The translations under genes were made by a program, and so were the position numbers. 64,000 nt of DNA, taken from assembly GCA_021325035.1 (NCBI GenBank), contig JAJPHW010000138.1:6910-70909 (forward strand), read 5' to 3'. The stretch comes from Terriglobia bacterium (GTDB taxonomy: Bacteria > Acidobacteriota > Terriglobia > Terriglobales > Acidobacteriaceae). Shown in pieces: positions 52,069 to 61,093 of the stretch (its first letter is position 1; each line of letters opens with the position of its first letter). The notes beneath the pieces are model-generated. The model searched no databases. It saw only the letters and a program-made list of their open reading frames with translations, and was not told the origin of the DNA.

Positions 52069-52770
52069 CTAACAAGAGACCGCCAGAATGGTTGCAAGCC
52101 GAGTTGCAACGTCCCTTTCGCTATGCCGGTCACGGCCCAAAACTTCCGGACGGAGGAAGCCGAATACAAACCCGAAGACCCCTATTGCGCAAGTCATGTT
52201 CTTCATACCGCCTTCCTGAAGACGCTGCCCCTCAGGAAAATGCTTCAGACGGCCAGTCATCGCGCGCATTCTGCCGGACTCGACAAGTTCGCCAAGTACT
52301 TTGCCTAGGGAAGGATCCACCATGGCTCGCGACACTACAATGCGAAGAAAATCGCGGTCCTCCCACATGCGGTCAATTTCCCATTGAACCAGCCGCACGA
52401 ATTCTTGAGCAAAATTTTGGGCATGTGGTACCCGGTTTAAGTCATTCATTTCCAGCCGCATGCGGTCGCGAACCAAAGCCAGCAGCAATCCGGCTTTACC
52501 GCCGAAGTAGCGATGAATCAATCCCTCGGCGCAACCCGCAACCGTGGCAATCTCTCGGGTAGTTGCCGCCTCGTAGCCTTTGGAAGAAAAAAGTTTGATG
52601 CCCGCGAGCAGCAAAGCTTTTTCTTTGGCAGCGCGATCACGAATTCGTGGTGCCGAAGACCGATTTTTTGCCACACGCAGCGCGCTATTGATGGCTTCTT
52701 TGGTAGAGTTATGTTCCTGAAAATGCATGGATAGAAGATCGCCCCTAACGAATTGAACGGACATTAGCAC
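52069..52770 (-). CDS. TetR/AcrR family transcriptional regulator
   Basis: HTH region KALLLAGIKLFSSKGYEAATTREIATVAGCAEGLIHRYF. Start uncertain (GTG 52770, ATG 52764 or ATG 52728). Confidence 0.85.
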   Translation of the reverse strand: MLMSVQFVRGDLLSMHFQEHNSTKEAINSALRVAKNRSSAPRIRDRAAKEKALLLAGIKLFSSKGYEAATTREIATVAGCAEGLIHRYFGGKAGLLLALVRDRMRLEMNDLNRVPHAQNFAQEFVRLVQWEIDRMWEDRDFLRIVVSRAMVDPSLGKVLGELVESGRMRAMTGRLKHFPEGQRLQEGGMKNMTCAIGVFGFVFGFLRPEVLGRDRHSERDVATRLATILAVSC

Positions 52771-52837
52771 AGCCTGATAAAGGCATTTGTCAAAAAATTG
52801 TCTCCTCGGTTAATTTTTTAAGATTTTTTGCGGCAGG

Positions 52838-52867
52838 TTGACAGTAGCCGTGCTTGAAGAGTAACAA
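52838..52867 (+). promoter_or_regulatory. Putative sigma70 promoter for 52906..53772
   Basis: TTGACA, 18-nt spacer, TAACAA. It lies 39 nt upstream of the TTG start. Confidence 0.4.
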
Positions 52868-52905
52868 TCCATCAGATTAGTTACGCCATACAGGAAAGAA
52901 CCATT

Positions 52906-53772
52906 TTGCTCCAGCCCCGATCATTCCAACGAATCTTCGCGACACTTTTGTTCCTTGCCATGTGCGCCGGGATTGTTTCCGCAAGAGAGAAGAAATCGAA
53001 AGAAGACGCAGGCCTTGGTTTTACCGCCGAAGTCACTGCTTCCACGGCCGAGTTAACGGAGGCCGTGCAGGATGTTATTAACAACGGGATCATCCAAGGC
53101 AGCAAGGAATACGACAAAGATCCTTATGTCACCGGAGCAAATTCAGCCGAAAGCTCACCGCTGTTTCCAAAGTGGACGGGCCCGGGGGATGTTTACTTTA
53201 AAGTACGCACCGATGTGATCGCCCCACGGAATTTTGTGGATAGCGGCGATCAAGGAACCTTGGCGGTGCGCTACATCGTCCAGCCGAAAGATGCGACCAG
53301 AAGCATTTTGCGCATAGATGCTGTATATGTCGAAAACGAGCGCCACACAGTCCATCCCTCCAACGGAACGGTTGAAACCAGCGAATTTCACGATATCCAG
53401 GACCGGGTTGATGCCATTCAACTCAAGAAAAAACAGGCAATTGAGGGCGAAAAGAACCGGCAACAAGAAATTGCTCGCCGGGCCCTTGAGCAACGCCAGC
53501 AGATGGATGCTGACAATCTGGCTGCATCCACCAGTACACAGCAGGGACTGGAAGAAAAAGTTCATAGTTTGCGGCAACAATTGGAGCGCGTCGTAAAAGG
53601 CCCCGGGGTGCAGCTTAAGACTGCGCCTTACCGCACGGCAGCAAATTTAAAAATACTTCCGCCGGGAACTCAAGTTGTGATCGTCGTTGTGACTCCATAT
53701 TGGCTTGGTATCGAGACTGAAGATGGTCTACATGGCTGGATTCATCACGACCAGTTGGAGATCCTGCCCTGA
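52906..53772 (+). CDS. Secreted hypothetical protein with C-terminal bacterial SH3 domain
   Basis: 288-aa ORF with a TTG start and a signal peptide (IFATLLFLAMCAGIVSA). It has a coiled-coil middle and a C-terminal SH3_3-like LKTAPYRTAANLKILPPGTQVVIVVVTPYWLGIETEDGLHGWIHHDQLE. Confidence 0.65.
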   Translation: MLQPRSFQRIFATLLFLAMCAGIVSAREKKSKEDAGLGFTAEVTASTAELTEAVQDVINNGIIQGSKEYDKDPYVTGANSAESSPLFPKWTGPGDVYFKVRTDVIAPRNFVDSGDQGTLAVRYIVQPKDATRSILRIDAVYVENERHTVHPSNGTVETSEFHDIQDRVDAIQLKKKQAIEGEKNRQQEIARRALEQRQQMDADNLAASTSTQQGLEEKVHSLRQQLERVVKGPGVQLKTAPYRTAANLKILPPGTQVVIVVVTPYWLGIETEDGLHGWIHHDQLEILP

Positions 53773-53795
53773 ACACATTCGTTAAGGCGTCCCTA

Positions 53796-55019
53796 TTGTT
53801 GGCTGCTTTGCTTAGCTTGGAAGCATTTGCCCAGAATGCGAACGTGCGAACTTTCTCGCAACCTAAAGCTGCAATTGAGAAGGCTCTTCACAGCCTGCAA
53901 CCAACTTCGGGCCGCCTCCCCACTCTCGAAGGGTTCGTCCAAGAGGAAGGACAGAATCTCAAACAATTTCAGAGGGGTTTCTACGAATGTTCTGTCGCCG
54001 TCGCAGCCAATTCTTCAGGCGGATCAACTGTTCACGTGCAAGCCAAAATTACGGCTTGGTACCAAGACCCGACGGCGGCAAAGTCGGGCTATCGCGCCCT
54101 GCCCTCCAACGGAAGGCTGGAAGCCGACTTGCTCGATCGTCTCGACGATGCGTTGCAGAATGGCGCCGCCCCGGTTTCATCCGCGAAACAGCCAAGCAAT
54201 AGTTCGATTGCTTCCAAAACCAGCGATTCCGATTCATCCGCGCCCAAATTGATGGCCCCCATGCCTCAGTTGCCCACGGTGAATAATCCCCTGACCGGTT
54301 CCAGTATTGGCGCGCCGTCGAGCGACAGGAATGGGGTTTCACAAACTCAGCGGCAGCCACATCAAGGCCCGGATGGGCAACTCGCGGCATTGCTCAATGA
54401 AGAAAAGAACCTGGAAGAAATTTTGCGAAACCAGAATCATCCTAATAATTTGGCTGCGGTAAAGAAGAATGGCGCTCCCGTGCTGGCCAGCCCCGCGGAA
54501 GGCGCAAAAATTTTATTTACCGCCGCGCCAGAAGACGAATTTGAAGTACTCGATGAAAACACAAGCTGGGTGCATGTGCGGATTTCTGGCCTGTCGCGCG
54601 GCTGGATTTTACGCGCAAATCTTGAAATGCCGGGAGATGCCGTGCAGGGCAAATCTTCTGAGCCATCCCAGCAATTCCGCGTGACCAATGACCAGATCGT
54701 CTCATTTCCCGGCGACTGGGAACCGCTGCGTGGAAAGACGGTCAAGATCGTTTCCGTGCAAGCGACTAGCGATTCGATTATCGGATGGCGCGCCAAACTC
54801 GATTACGCCAAAACAGTATTTCGAAACGACTACGAAGCTTTGGCCGCATCAGGTGGTGAGTCGGGTGAAGTGCTCATCTTTGATGCGCAGGATGGCGGCA
54901 TGATCGCTGCAACTTTGGAAAACGTTAAGAAATGGCGTGACGGCGCGCTCACCGATGACGCCTTCTGGAAGATTTGTTATTTTGACCCGCCGGAGACGTT
55001 TGGAGCCGCAAGCCAGTAG
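53796..55019 (+). CDS. Hypothetical protein with SH3-like domain (paralogous N-terminal module to 52906..53772)
   Basis: 407-aa ORF; start uncertain because the signal peptide looks truncated. SH3-like segment: AAVKKNGAPVLASPAEGAKILFTAAPEDEFEVLDENTSWVHVRISGLSRGWI. Its N-terminal LPSNGRLEADLLDRL parallels HPSNGTVETSEFHDIQDRV in the neighbour. Confidence 0.6.
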   Translation: MLAALLSLEAFAQNANVRTFSQPKAAIEKALHSLQPTSGRLPTLEGFVQEEGQNLKQFQRGFYECSVAVAANSSGGSTVHVQAKITAWYQDPTAAKSGYRALPSNGRLEADLLDRLDDALQNGAAPVSSAKQPSNSSIASKTSDSDSSAPKLMAPMPQLPTVNNPLTGSSIGAPSSDRNGVSQTQRQPHQGPDGQLAALLNEEKNLEEILRNQNHPNNLAAVKKNGAPVLASPAEGAKILFTAAPEDEFEVLDENTSWVHVRISGLSRGWILRANLEMPGDAVQGKSSEPSQQFRVTNDQIVSFPGDWEPLRGKTVKIVSVQATSDSIIGWRAKLDYAKTVFRNDYEALAASGGESGEVLIFDAQDGGMIAATLENVKKWRDGALTDDAFWKICYFDPPETFGAASQ

Positions 55020-55029
55020 GACTCTCGCC

Positions 55030-55140
55030 TTATAAAACGTAGAGTTTCAGCATCCACCAAACCAGAAAAAGCGCGATTAAGGCAACGACAATGTGCTTAA
55101 TCCATTGTTTTGGAGTTTTCGGATTGCTTTCGTCGATCAC
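55030..55140 (-). CDS. Candidate 36-aa small membrane protein
   Basis: GTG start 4 nt after GAGGA: MIDESNPKTPKQWIKHIVVALIALFLVWWMLKLYVL*. It is below the ORF-track cutoff and has a single TM helix. Confidence 0.3.
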   Translation of the reverse strand: MIDESNPKTPKQWIKHIVVALIALFLVWWMLKLYVL

Positions 55141-55169
55141 AAAGTCCTCGTGGGTGATGAGGTTTTAAG

Positions 55170-55244
55170 TTGGAGGCGCGGGTCGGAATCGAACCGACGC
55201 ATAAAGGTTTTGCAGACCTCTCCCTTACCACTTGGGTACCGCGC
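55170..55244 (-). tRNA. tRNA-Cys (anticodon GCA)
   Basis: The reverse complement GGCGCGG...CUGCAAA...GGTTCGATTCC...CCGCGCCTCCA folds as a cloverleaf: 7-bp acceptor stem, T-loop TTCGATT, encoded CCA. Confidence 0.93.
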
Positions 55245-55325
55245 CTTGCTTTCTAAATTAACGGGCTTGGGCGAAAAAGTCCACCGCAGGAGCAGGCCGC
55301 TAAATAGCTCAATTGTGAGGGAAAA

Positions 55326-55400
55326 TGGAGCGGGAGACGAGGGTCGAACTCGCGACATCGACCTTGGCAAGGTCGCGCTCTACCACTGAGCTACTCCCGC
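55326..55400 (-). tRNA. tRNA-Gly (anticodon GCC)
   Basis: The reverse complement is GCGGGAGTAGCTCAGTGGTAGAGCGCGACCTTGCCAAGGTCGATGTCGCGAGTTCGACCCTCGTCTCCCGCTCCA. It has a canonical D-loop, the anticodon loop TTGCCAA and an encoded CCA. Confidence 0.95.
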
Positions 55401-55412
55401 CCTGCGTTTTCA

Positions 55413-55441
55413 ATTATAAACAAGCATCCGAATTGCAGCAA
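55413..55441 (-). promoter_or_regulatory. Sigma70 promoter of the tRNA-Gly/tRNA-Cys unit
   Basis: On the - strand: TTGCTG, 17-nt spacer, TATAAT. The -10 ends 12 nt before the tRNA-Gly 5' end. Confidence 0.6.
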
Positions 55442-55471
55442 CGCGCGCGCGTATATTCGACCAGAACGCAA

Positions 55472-55501
55472 GAAAAAGGCCCGGTTGGGAGAAACCGGGC
55501 C
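55472..55501 (-). terminator. Rho-independent terminator downstream of 55531..57207
   Basis: On the - strand: GGCCCGGTT-TCTCCC-AACCGGGCC (perfect 9-bp stem) followed by TTTTTCTTG. Confidence 0.8.
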
Positions 55502-55530
55502 TGAGCAACCGCACTTCTTACATCTGCGAA

Positions 55531-57207
55531 CTACTGCGTTACAGTGAAGCTGCTCGTGCTTATCCCCGTACCACCCGGTGTTAAGACGCCGACTGGCCCA
55601 GTGATGGCGCCCGAGGGAACGGTCGCAGTAATTTGCGTGTCTGAGTTGACGGTAAACTTGGCGCCTACACGATTGCCAAATCCGACTCCCTGCGACTGAG
55701 TCAGACTCACTCCCGTGATCGTCACAGTCGTTCCTACTGGACCGCTCGGAGGATCGAAGCTTAGAACCTGCGGTGTGACCAGGAACTTGCGATTGCTCTT
55801 AAGCGTGCCTCCGGAAGTTGCGACGGTGATAAACCCTGTGGTCGCACCTGTGGGAACAGTCGCCGTGAGATAAGTATCCGATACAACTTTGAACGTAGCC
55901 GCAGTGCCATTGAATGAAACCTTGGTTGCGCCGGTGAAACCCTGGCCTAGAATTTCCACCGTCTTGCCGACTTTACCCGTCCAGTTGACGAGCCGGGCAA
56001 AAGGACTCAACCCCATGTCCAAGCTGTAGAAAGTGCTGCAACACAGAGAATTCCCGCTGGCATTTCCATAAAACTTCCCGTTCGTGTGCTGAATCAAGGC
56101 TGTGACGGGATAGATTCCGTCAATGCAACCTTTCAGTGAACAGAAGTTGTAGAGAAGGCTGTATCCGCCGGCCGTGGTGACCTGGAAGATCGTGCCGTAG
56201 TTATGCACGCCGCCTGAACCAGTCACGCCGTACATGTTTCCATCCGTGCCCAAGATCAGCCCCGCCTGCGGAAGGCTGCCATCAGTGCCACCACCTGCAA
56301 AGTTGTGGATGATGGACAAAACGCCAGAAGCCGAAATCTTAAAAACTGTACCGAGATTATTCGATCCGCCCTCATAGGTTGTTCCGTAAAAATTCCCATC
56401 GCCTGCCTGAATCAAGATTCCCTTGGGTATAGTGCCATCGTTGGGATAGCCCTTGAAGGCGTGCAGCAGCGAGATCGTGCCGTTAGCTGTAACTTTGTAA
56501 ATCGTGCCGCAGCGGCAAGTGGGATCTCCTCCGAGCTGGGCACTTCCATAGAAATTACCGTCGGTTCCCTGGGCGGGAAGGTTGGGGTCGGCCCCATTGG
56601 CGTAGTCGAAGGGATATGGCGTCAGTTGTCCCTTCGGCGTGATCTTGTAAAAGACTCCGTAGGTACCGGAGTAAACTCCCGCGTCGGTGCCGTAGAAATT
56701 TCCATCGAGCCCCTGAAGCGGAGCATAGTATGGCGCTCCGTCATCGTTCATGCTTCCGGCGGTAAAGTCCCAGAGTTTGGTCCATGAAGCGCCGGATGTG
56801 ACTTTGAACACGGTGCCATCACCATAAACGCCGCCTCCGGTGGTCGTTCCGTAGAGTTCGCCATCCGTGCCGAGGGTGACGCCGCCGGAAGGATTTGCGC
56901 CTGTGGTTGCGCAGTGACCACCCTCCGAACAGAAGCTGTAAATCAAGCTGTACTGCCCTGCCGTGGTCATCTGATAGACGCTTCCTTCATTGGCAGACCC
57001 ATTTGTTTGTATGGTGTTGTAGAGATTTCCGTCCTGGGCCTGTGAAAAGACACTGGTAGGAACAATGCCGCTGCTGTTGTTGGAAGTGTTCGGATAGGTA
57101 TATAACGCGGTGACGGTTTGGGCATGGAGCGCAGTCGTAAAGCACGCCACGACCATAAAGATAAACGCTACTGTAACTTGTATTCGTGACGCACAATTCT
57201 TCTGCAT
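55531..57207 (-). CDS. Secreted GloVer (Gloeo_Verruco) repeat protein with two C-terminal IPT/TIG domains
   Basis: 558-aa ORF with a signal peptide. Repeats of GN[FL]YGTT..GG....GT[VI]FK[IV] are present. The C-terminus has two Ig-like IPT/TIG units (SFDPPSGPVGTTVTITG, TVEILGQGFTGATKVSFNG). Confidence 0.8.
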   Translation of the reverse strand: MQKNCASRIQVTVAFIFMVVACFTTALHAQTVTALYTYPNTSNNSSGIVPTSVFSQAQDGNLYNTIQTNGSANEGSVYQMTTAGQYSLIYSFCSEGGHCATTGANPSGGVTLGTDGELYGTTTGGGVYGDGTVFKVTSGASWTKLWDFTAGSMNDDGAPYYAPLQGLDGNFYGTDAGVYSGTYGVFYKITPKGQLTPYPFDYANGADPNLPAQGTDGNFYGSAQLGGDPTCRCGTIYKVTANGTISLLHAFKGYPNDGTIPKGILIQAGDGNFYGTTYEGGSNNLGTVFKISASGVLSIIHNFAGGGTDGSLPQAGLILGTDGNMYGVTGSGGVHNYGTIFQVTTAGGYSLLYNFCSLKGCIDGIYPVTALIQHTNGKFYGNASGNSLCCSTFYSLDMGLSPFARLVNWTGKVGKTVEILGQGFTGATKVSFNGTAATFKVVSDTYLTATVPTGATTGFITVATSGGTLKSNRKFLVTPQVLSFDPPSGPVGTTVTITGVSLTQSQGVGFGNRVGAKFTVNSDTQITATVPSGAITGPVGVLTPGGTGISTSSFTVTQ

Positions 57208-57227
57208 GAGATTCTCCTGTGTTTTAT

Positions 57228-57488
57228 CTATTGTTCAAACTCCGGCACGGTGCGGATAGCAAGCAGTTCACCGCCCCGGTCAAACTCCGCCTCGACAACC
57301 ATGCCTGCATGCGGCGGGGTCGTGGACTTCCATAAGCCGCTCAACGAGAAGGGATATTGCCTGCCTTCCACGATCAGTAAGCCTAGCCCTGCGGACGCAT
57401 CGCGCAAGATTTTGCCGCGCTTTCTGTCCTCCGGCGGTGCGCCCCGGAACAGGGTGCGAACCAGAGATTTTGCTGCAAGAAATTGCAT
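57228..57488 (-). CDS. Small hypothetical protein (86 aa)
   Basis: Internal ATG of the 125-aa track ORF: MQFLAAKSLVRTLFRGAPPEDRKRGKILRD.... It ends 20 nt upstream of the GloVer/IPT gene start. No family recognised. Confidence 0.4.
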   Translation of the reverse strand: MQFLAAKSLVRTLFRGAPPEDRKRGKILRDASAGLGLLIVEGRQYPFSLSGLWKSTTPPHAGMVVEAEFDRGGELLAIRTVPEFEQ

Positions 57489-57722
57489 ATAGCCTCTTGG
57501 TTGCATGGGCGAAGAAACGATGCTGACATTTCGGGGCTTCGGGGCGGAAGGACTCGCCCCGCCTCCCCTTCGGAGGCATCCCCCAAGATGGTCTCCACTA
57601 TGCATTGCGCAAAAGTTCGGGGAAAACCGTCATGGCATCGTCAGATTGGCTAGGAACGGGATGGGTAAGAGGAATTAACCACCCTGAAGCAGCCCGGGCA
57701 GGCTGCTAAATTCCAATAAAGC

Positions 57723-58460
57723 TTAGTATTTCGAGTTCGTTCCGGATTGCTGTAAGCGTTCGTTTGCTTCCGCAGTGATTTGATTGCGGACGTCCCACAA
57801 GTTTTTGTAAAAGAGGTGTTCCATTCGCTGGTGCAAAACTTCTACAGGTGTGCCCATGGTACCAATCACGCCTCCGCCAATAATCCGTTGCGCCAACTTC
57901 AAATGATGAAAGCGGAACAGATGCATGCGCTCGTCGAAATCGAGTAAAGCTTCGGCGGTTTCGTGCAATCCGAAAAATTCATCGTGACGGCGGTACATTT
58001 CGATCAGGCTGACACCCGCTTGTTTCAGTTGTTGATGAAACGCGTCGCCAAGACGCGGCCCCATGTGAAGCAGAGAAAGAAATCCCGGCGAATCGAGGCC
58101 GCTGCCGTGTCCTAACCCTGCGCGAATGATCTGGTAATCGAAGGGAGAGATCGTCTCCAACAGGTGCAGGAGCGTAATGCAATGCTCAATCATGGGATTC
58201 GCCCGCCGCATCAGACGACAAGCGTTTCCAAAATCGGCAGCCTCAATGTATTCGCGCGAACGGCCCAGCTCCCACGCCGCGCCCTTCATCAATAATTCTT
58301 CCGATTGATGCACGACGAAAAAAAGCATCTCATCTTTGTGGGAAAGCGTCCCCGGCGTTTTTTGCAGGGAGAGCAGAACATCGGTGCTGAGATAGCGCTC
58401 GTAATCAGACGCGCCTTTTCCCGGCAAAATCGGTTTCTTCATGTCTTCATTCATGAGCAA
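57723..58460 (-). CDS. Tryptophan 2,3-dioxygenase family protein (divergent, short)
   Basis: 245-aa ORF with YERYLSTDVLLSLQ....HKDEMLFFVVHQSEELLMK and FRFHHLKLAQRIIG...GTMGT, which follow the TDO helix pattern including a candidate proximal His. Confidence 0.65.
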   Translation of the reverse strand: MLMNEDMKKPILPGKGASDYERYLSTDVLLSLQKTPGTLSHKDEMLFFVVHQSEELLMKGAAWELGRSREYIEAADFGNACRLMRRANPMIEHCITLLHLLETISPFDYQIIRAGLGHGSGLDSPGFLSLLHMGPRLGDAFHQQLKQAGVSLIEMYRRHDEFFGLHETAEALLDFDERMHLFRFHHLKLAQRIIGGGVIGTMGTPVEVLHQRMEHLFYKNLWDVRNQITAEANERLQQSGTNSKY

Positions 58461-58493
58461 TGAACTCCCAAAACATTTCGCAATACGCGGGTA

Positions 58494-59204
58494 TTATTTT
58501 GTCACTCCAGCCCACTGAGGATCTTTTTCCGGCGGCACAATTCCACCGTCACGCATGTGGATGATGCGGTCGCCATAACGCGCAGCCTCCGGATTGTGGG
58601 TGATCATGAGTACGGTTTGACCTAATTCCTGATTGGTCTGGCGCAACATTTTAAGAACAATTTCAGAATTTTCGGAATCGAGATTTCCTGTCGGCTCGTC
58701 TGCGAGCACGAGCGCAGGTTTATTGATCAGCGCACGGGCCAACGCCACGCGTTGCTGCTCACCGCCCGATAATTCTGAAGGACGATGGGGCAAGCGCTTC
58801 GATAAACCCAGCAAGCTCGTTATCTTTTCAAAGTTGGCTGAATCATAGCCGCCGTTCGCTCCCGCAATATCAACAGCGATCTGAATGTTCGAGCGGGCAT
58901 CCAACGTCGGCAGCAAATTAAATTTCTGAAATACGAATCCAATTTTTTTCTTGCGCAGGCGTGTGCGTTCAGCATCGGAGAGCGCGGCAAAATCATCGCC
59001 ATCCACAAAAATATGGCCGGAATCCGGACGCGCCAGGCCTCCTAATAAATAAAAAAGCGTGGATTTTCCGCTGCCAGATGGGCCTACGATGCTGACAAAT
59101 TCGCCTTTGGCAACATCGAACGAAACCCCACGAAGTGCCGGGACCTGGATTTTCCCTACGCGATAAGTCTTGCGCAGATCCTGCGCTTGAATAAAGGCTG
59201 ACAT
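58494..59204 (-). CDS. ABC transporter ATP-binding protein (MacB/LolD-type), no adjacent permease gene
   Basis: 236-aa ORF with Walker [10 protein letters not shown], signature [15 protein letters not shown] and Walker [13 protein letters not shown]. Confidence 0.88.
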   Translation of the reverse strand: MSAFIQAQDLRKTYRVGKIQVPALRGVSFDVAKGEFVSIVGPSGSGKSTLFYLLGGLARPDSGHIFVDGDDFAALSDAERTRLRKKKIGFVFQKFNLLPTLDARSNIQIAVDIAGANGGYDSANFEKITSLLGLSKRLPHRPSELSGGEQQRVALARALINKPALVLADEPTGNLDSENSEIVLKMLRQTNQELGQTVLMITHNPEAARYGDRIIHMRDGGIVPPEKDPQWAGVTK

Positions 59205-59282
59205 TCCGTTGATTGAGGGCCCCGCATAAAGTTTACACGAAGGCTGGCGACAGTCTCGATTGTTGGTGCTTTGAAATTCTGT

Positions 59283-59705
59283 TTAGGCTATGCCAATTTG
59301 GCTGACTGTGTTCTTAGGTTGATCGATGTGGCGTTTTGGGCCGCGCTTCCGCACCAACAACAAGCGAATGCGCTCGAGCAATTCGGCGGGAGCGCACATG
59401 CCTTTAGGAAGAAACGCATCGGCGCGTGTGTCGTGTTGATAGATTTTGGCCTTACCGGAGGTGAGAATTACGGGAGTGTGCGGAGATAGGCCTTTGATTT
59501 CTTCGATCAAGCGCGCTCCATCCACGCCGGGCATGATCAGATCGGTCAGGACGAGGTCCACTCCGCCCTTTCTGAAACGGTCTAAAGCGTCCTGCCCGTT
59601 GCTGCACGTAATCACACGATAACCGCGGGTTTCCAACATCACCTTGCGGATGGAGAGACATTGCTCATTGTCGTCAATGCACAAAATCGTTCGTTTCGGC
59701 TTCAT
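59283..59705 (-). CDS. Single-domain response regulator (CheY-like)
   Basis: 140-aa ORF with ILCIDDNE, the phospho-acceptor region DLVLTDLIMPGVDG, and ILTSG...FLPKG. Confidence 0.85.
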   Translation of the reverse strand: MKPKRTILCIDDNEQCLSIRKVMLETRGYRVITCSNGQDALDRFRKGGVDLVLTDLIMPGVDGARLIEEIKGLSPHTPVILTSGKAKIYQHDTRADAFLPKGMCAPAELLERIRLLLVRKRGPKRHIDQPKNTVSQIGIA

Positions 59706-59919
59706 TCTTCCTTCTGAAGTGGCATGAGGACGGCGGCCGGGACGCGCGCGCAGGTCATGATCTTTAATTTATTTTTTTGGAATACCAGAGCGAACTGAAT
59801 CCTAACGGGGTAATGCGTGCGTGTAAAGTAACGCGGATGCTAATGGACAATTTGGGTGATTGAAAAATTTCCTCATGTGTGCGTACCGCGCTTTTTCGCG
59901 CATGCGCGAGAGTTTCTCT

Positions 59920-60822
59920 TCAGAAAAAAATTTCTCCGCGTAAAACTTCAACAACATTTCCACCGACGCGCACGTTAACCACTCTGTCATCCTGACGGGA
60001 AGCACGGACGAAAATTCGACTGGGGCGAAACATTTCGACTCCTTGCTCGATGATTACGCGCTCATCCGGCTTTGCGACGCCGTGCGCGACCATCCAAGCC
60101 GTTGCACAACCAGCCGCCGATCCTGTCGCTGGATCCTCACCGTTGTAAAAAATCATGCGGGCATGAAGCCGCGCCGAGGGATCCACAGTTTCCCGAGTAA
60201 CAAAATAAAAAAACTTCCCTCCTGTACGTTCGAGGTAGGCGGCAGATGAAGGCACATCAATGTGCAGTGTTTGTGCGATGTCCAATCCGCGCAAAGGAAC
60301 AATGGTGAAGGGCACGCCCGTAGAAACGGTCTGAATGGGCAAAGAAGGATCTATATCGCCGTCGCGTAACCCAGCGGCGCGAGCTACCGCTTCGCGATCA
60401 TGCACCGGACCAAACTCCGGGGGACGCTGGGTCATCTCGCCAAAGACCGGCTTCCCTTTCTCTTGTTCAAACGTTACGGGAATTTTTCCAGCTTTGAGAT
60501 CCAAAGCTATTTCTGCGGCGTTACCGGAGCCGCGAAGAACAAAGGCGGTCCCCAGCGTCGGATGCCCGGCGAAAGGCAACTCTTCTGCAACGGTAAAAAT
60601 GCGGACGTGCACGCCAGATTCGCGCTCGACCGCTGCCTCGCGCGGCAGAACAAATGTGGTTTCGGAAAGATTCATTTCGCGGGCAATCGTCTGCATTTCT
60701 GCGTCGCTTAGGCCGCGGCCATCGGTAAAAGCAGCAAGCGAATTGCCTTCGAAGGGCGTTGCAGTAAACACATCCACTTGCGTAAAAGAGTAGCGGCGTT
60801 GGGTCGGGCTCATGGGCAACAT
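59920..60822 (-). CDS. PhzF family isomerase
   Basis: 300-aa ORF with FTQVDVFTATPFEGNSLAAF and EMNLSETTFVL. Confidence 0.85.
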   Translation of the reverse strand: MLPMSPTQRRYSFTQVDVFTATPFEGNSLAAFTDGRGLSDAEMQTIAREMNLSETTFVLPREAAVERESGVHVRIFTVAEELPFAGHPTLGTAFVLRGSGNAAEIALDLKAGKIPVTFEQEKGKPVFGEMTQRPPEFGPVHDREAVARAAGLRDGDIDPSLPIQTVSTGVPFTIVPLRGLDIAQTLHIDVPSSAAYLERTGGKFFYFVTRETVDPSARLHARMIFYNGEDPATGSAAGCATAWMVAHGVAKPDERVIIEQGVEMFRPSRIFVRASRQDDRVVNVRVGGNVVEVLRGEIFF

Positions 60823-60972
60823 TCTACCGTTTGCAAAAGGGTAAATTGTGAACGTTTGACGGCATTTTTTGGGCCGCGTATCTTGATAGGTGAGTATGCA
60901 GCTTCAATCCATGCCGGCTTGCGAGCGCTGTTGTATGCAGGCTCCGGCGTGTGGGTAACTGAGAATTTCCGG

Positions 60973-60999
60973 ACCCACCCGGCAGCGAATCGGGTGGGT
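60973..60999. repeat. REP-like palindrome (CCCACCC...GGGTGGG family), copy 4
   Basis: ACCCACCCG-GCAGCGAAT-CGGGTGGGT, a perfect 9-bp stem. It lies in the divergent PhzF/peroxiredoxin intergenic region. Confidence 0.55.
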
Positions 61000-61093
61000 T
61001 TGCAGTTGCAATCTCTCACGGTTGCCGGCCAGGCGGGTTCTGACAACAATCCGGGTTCACCGGACGAACATTGCAAAATCTTAAGGAGATATT

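Noticed and set aside
55020-55530. tRNA-Cys/tRNA-Gly locus as an integration site of a genomic island
   Set aside because: No integrase, no direct repeat of a tRNA 3' end and no compositional break is visible on either side.
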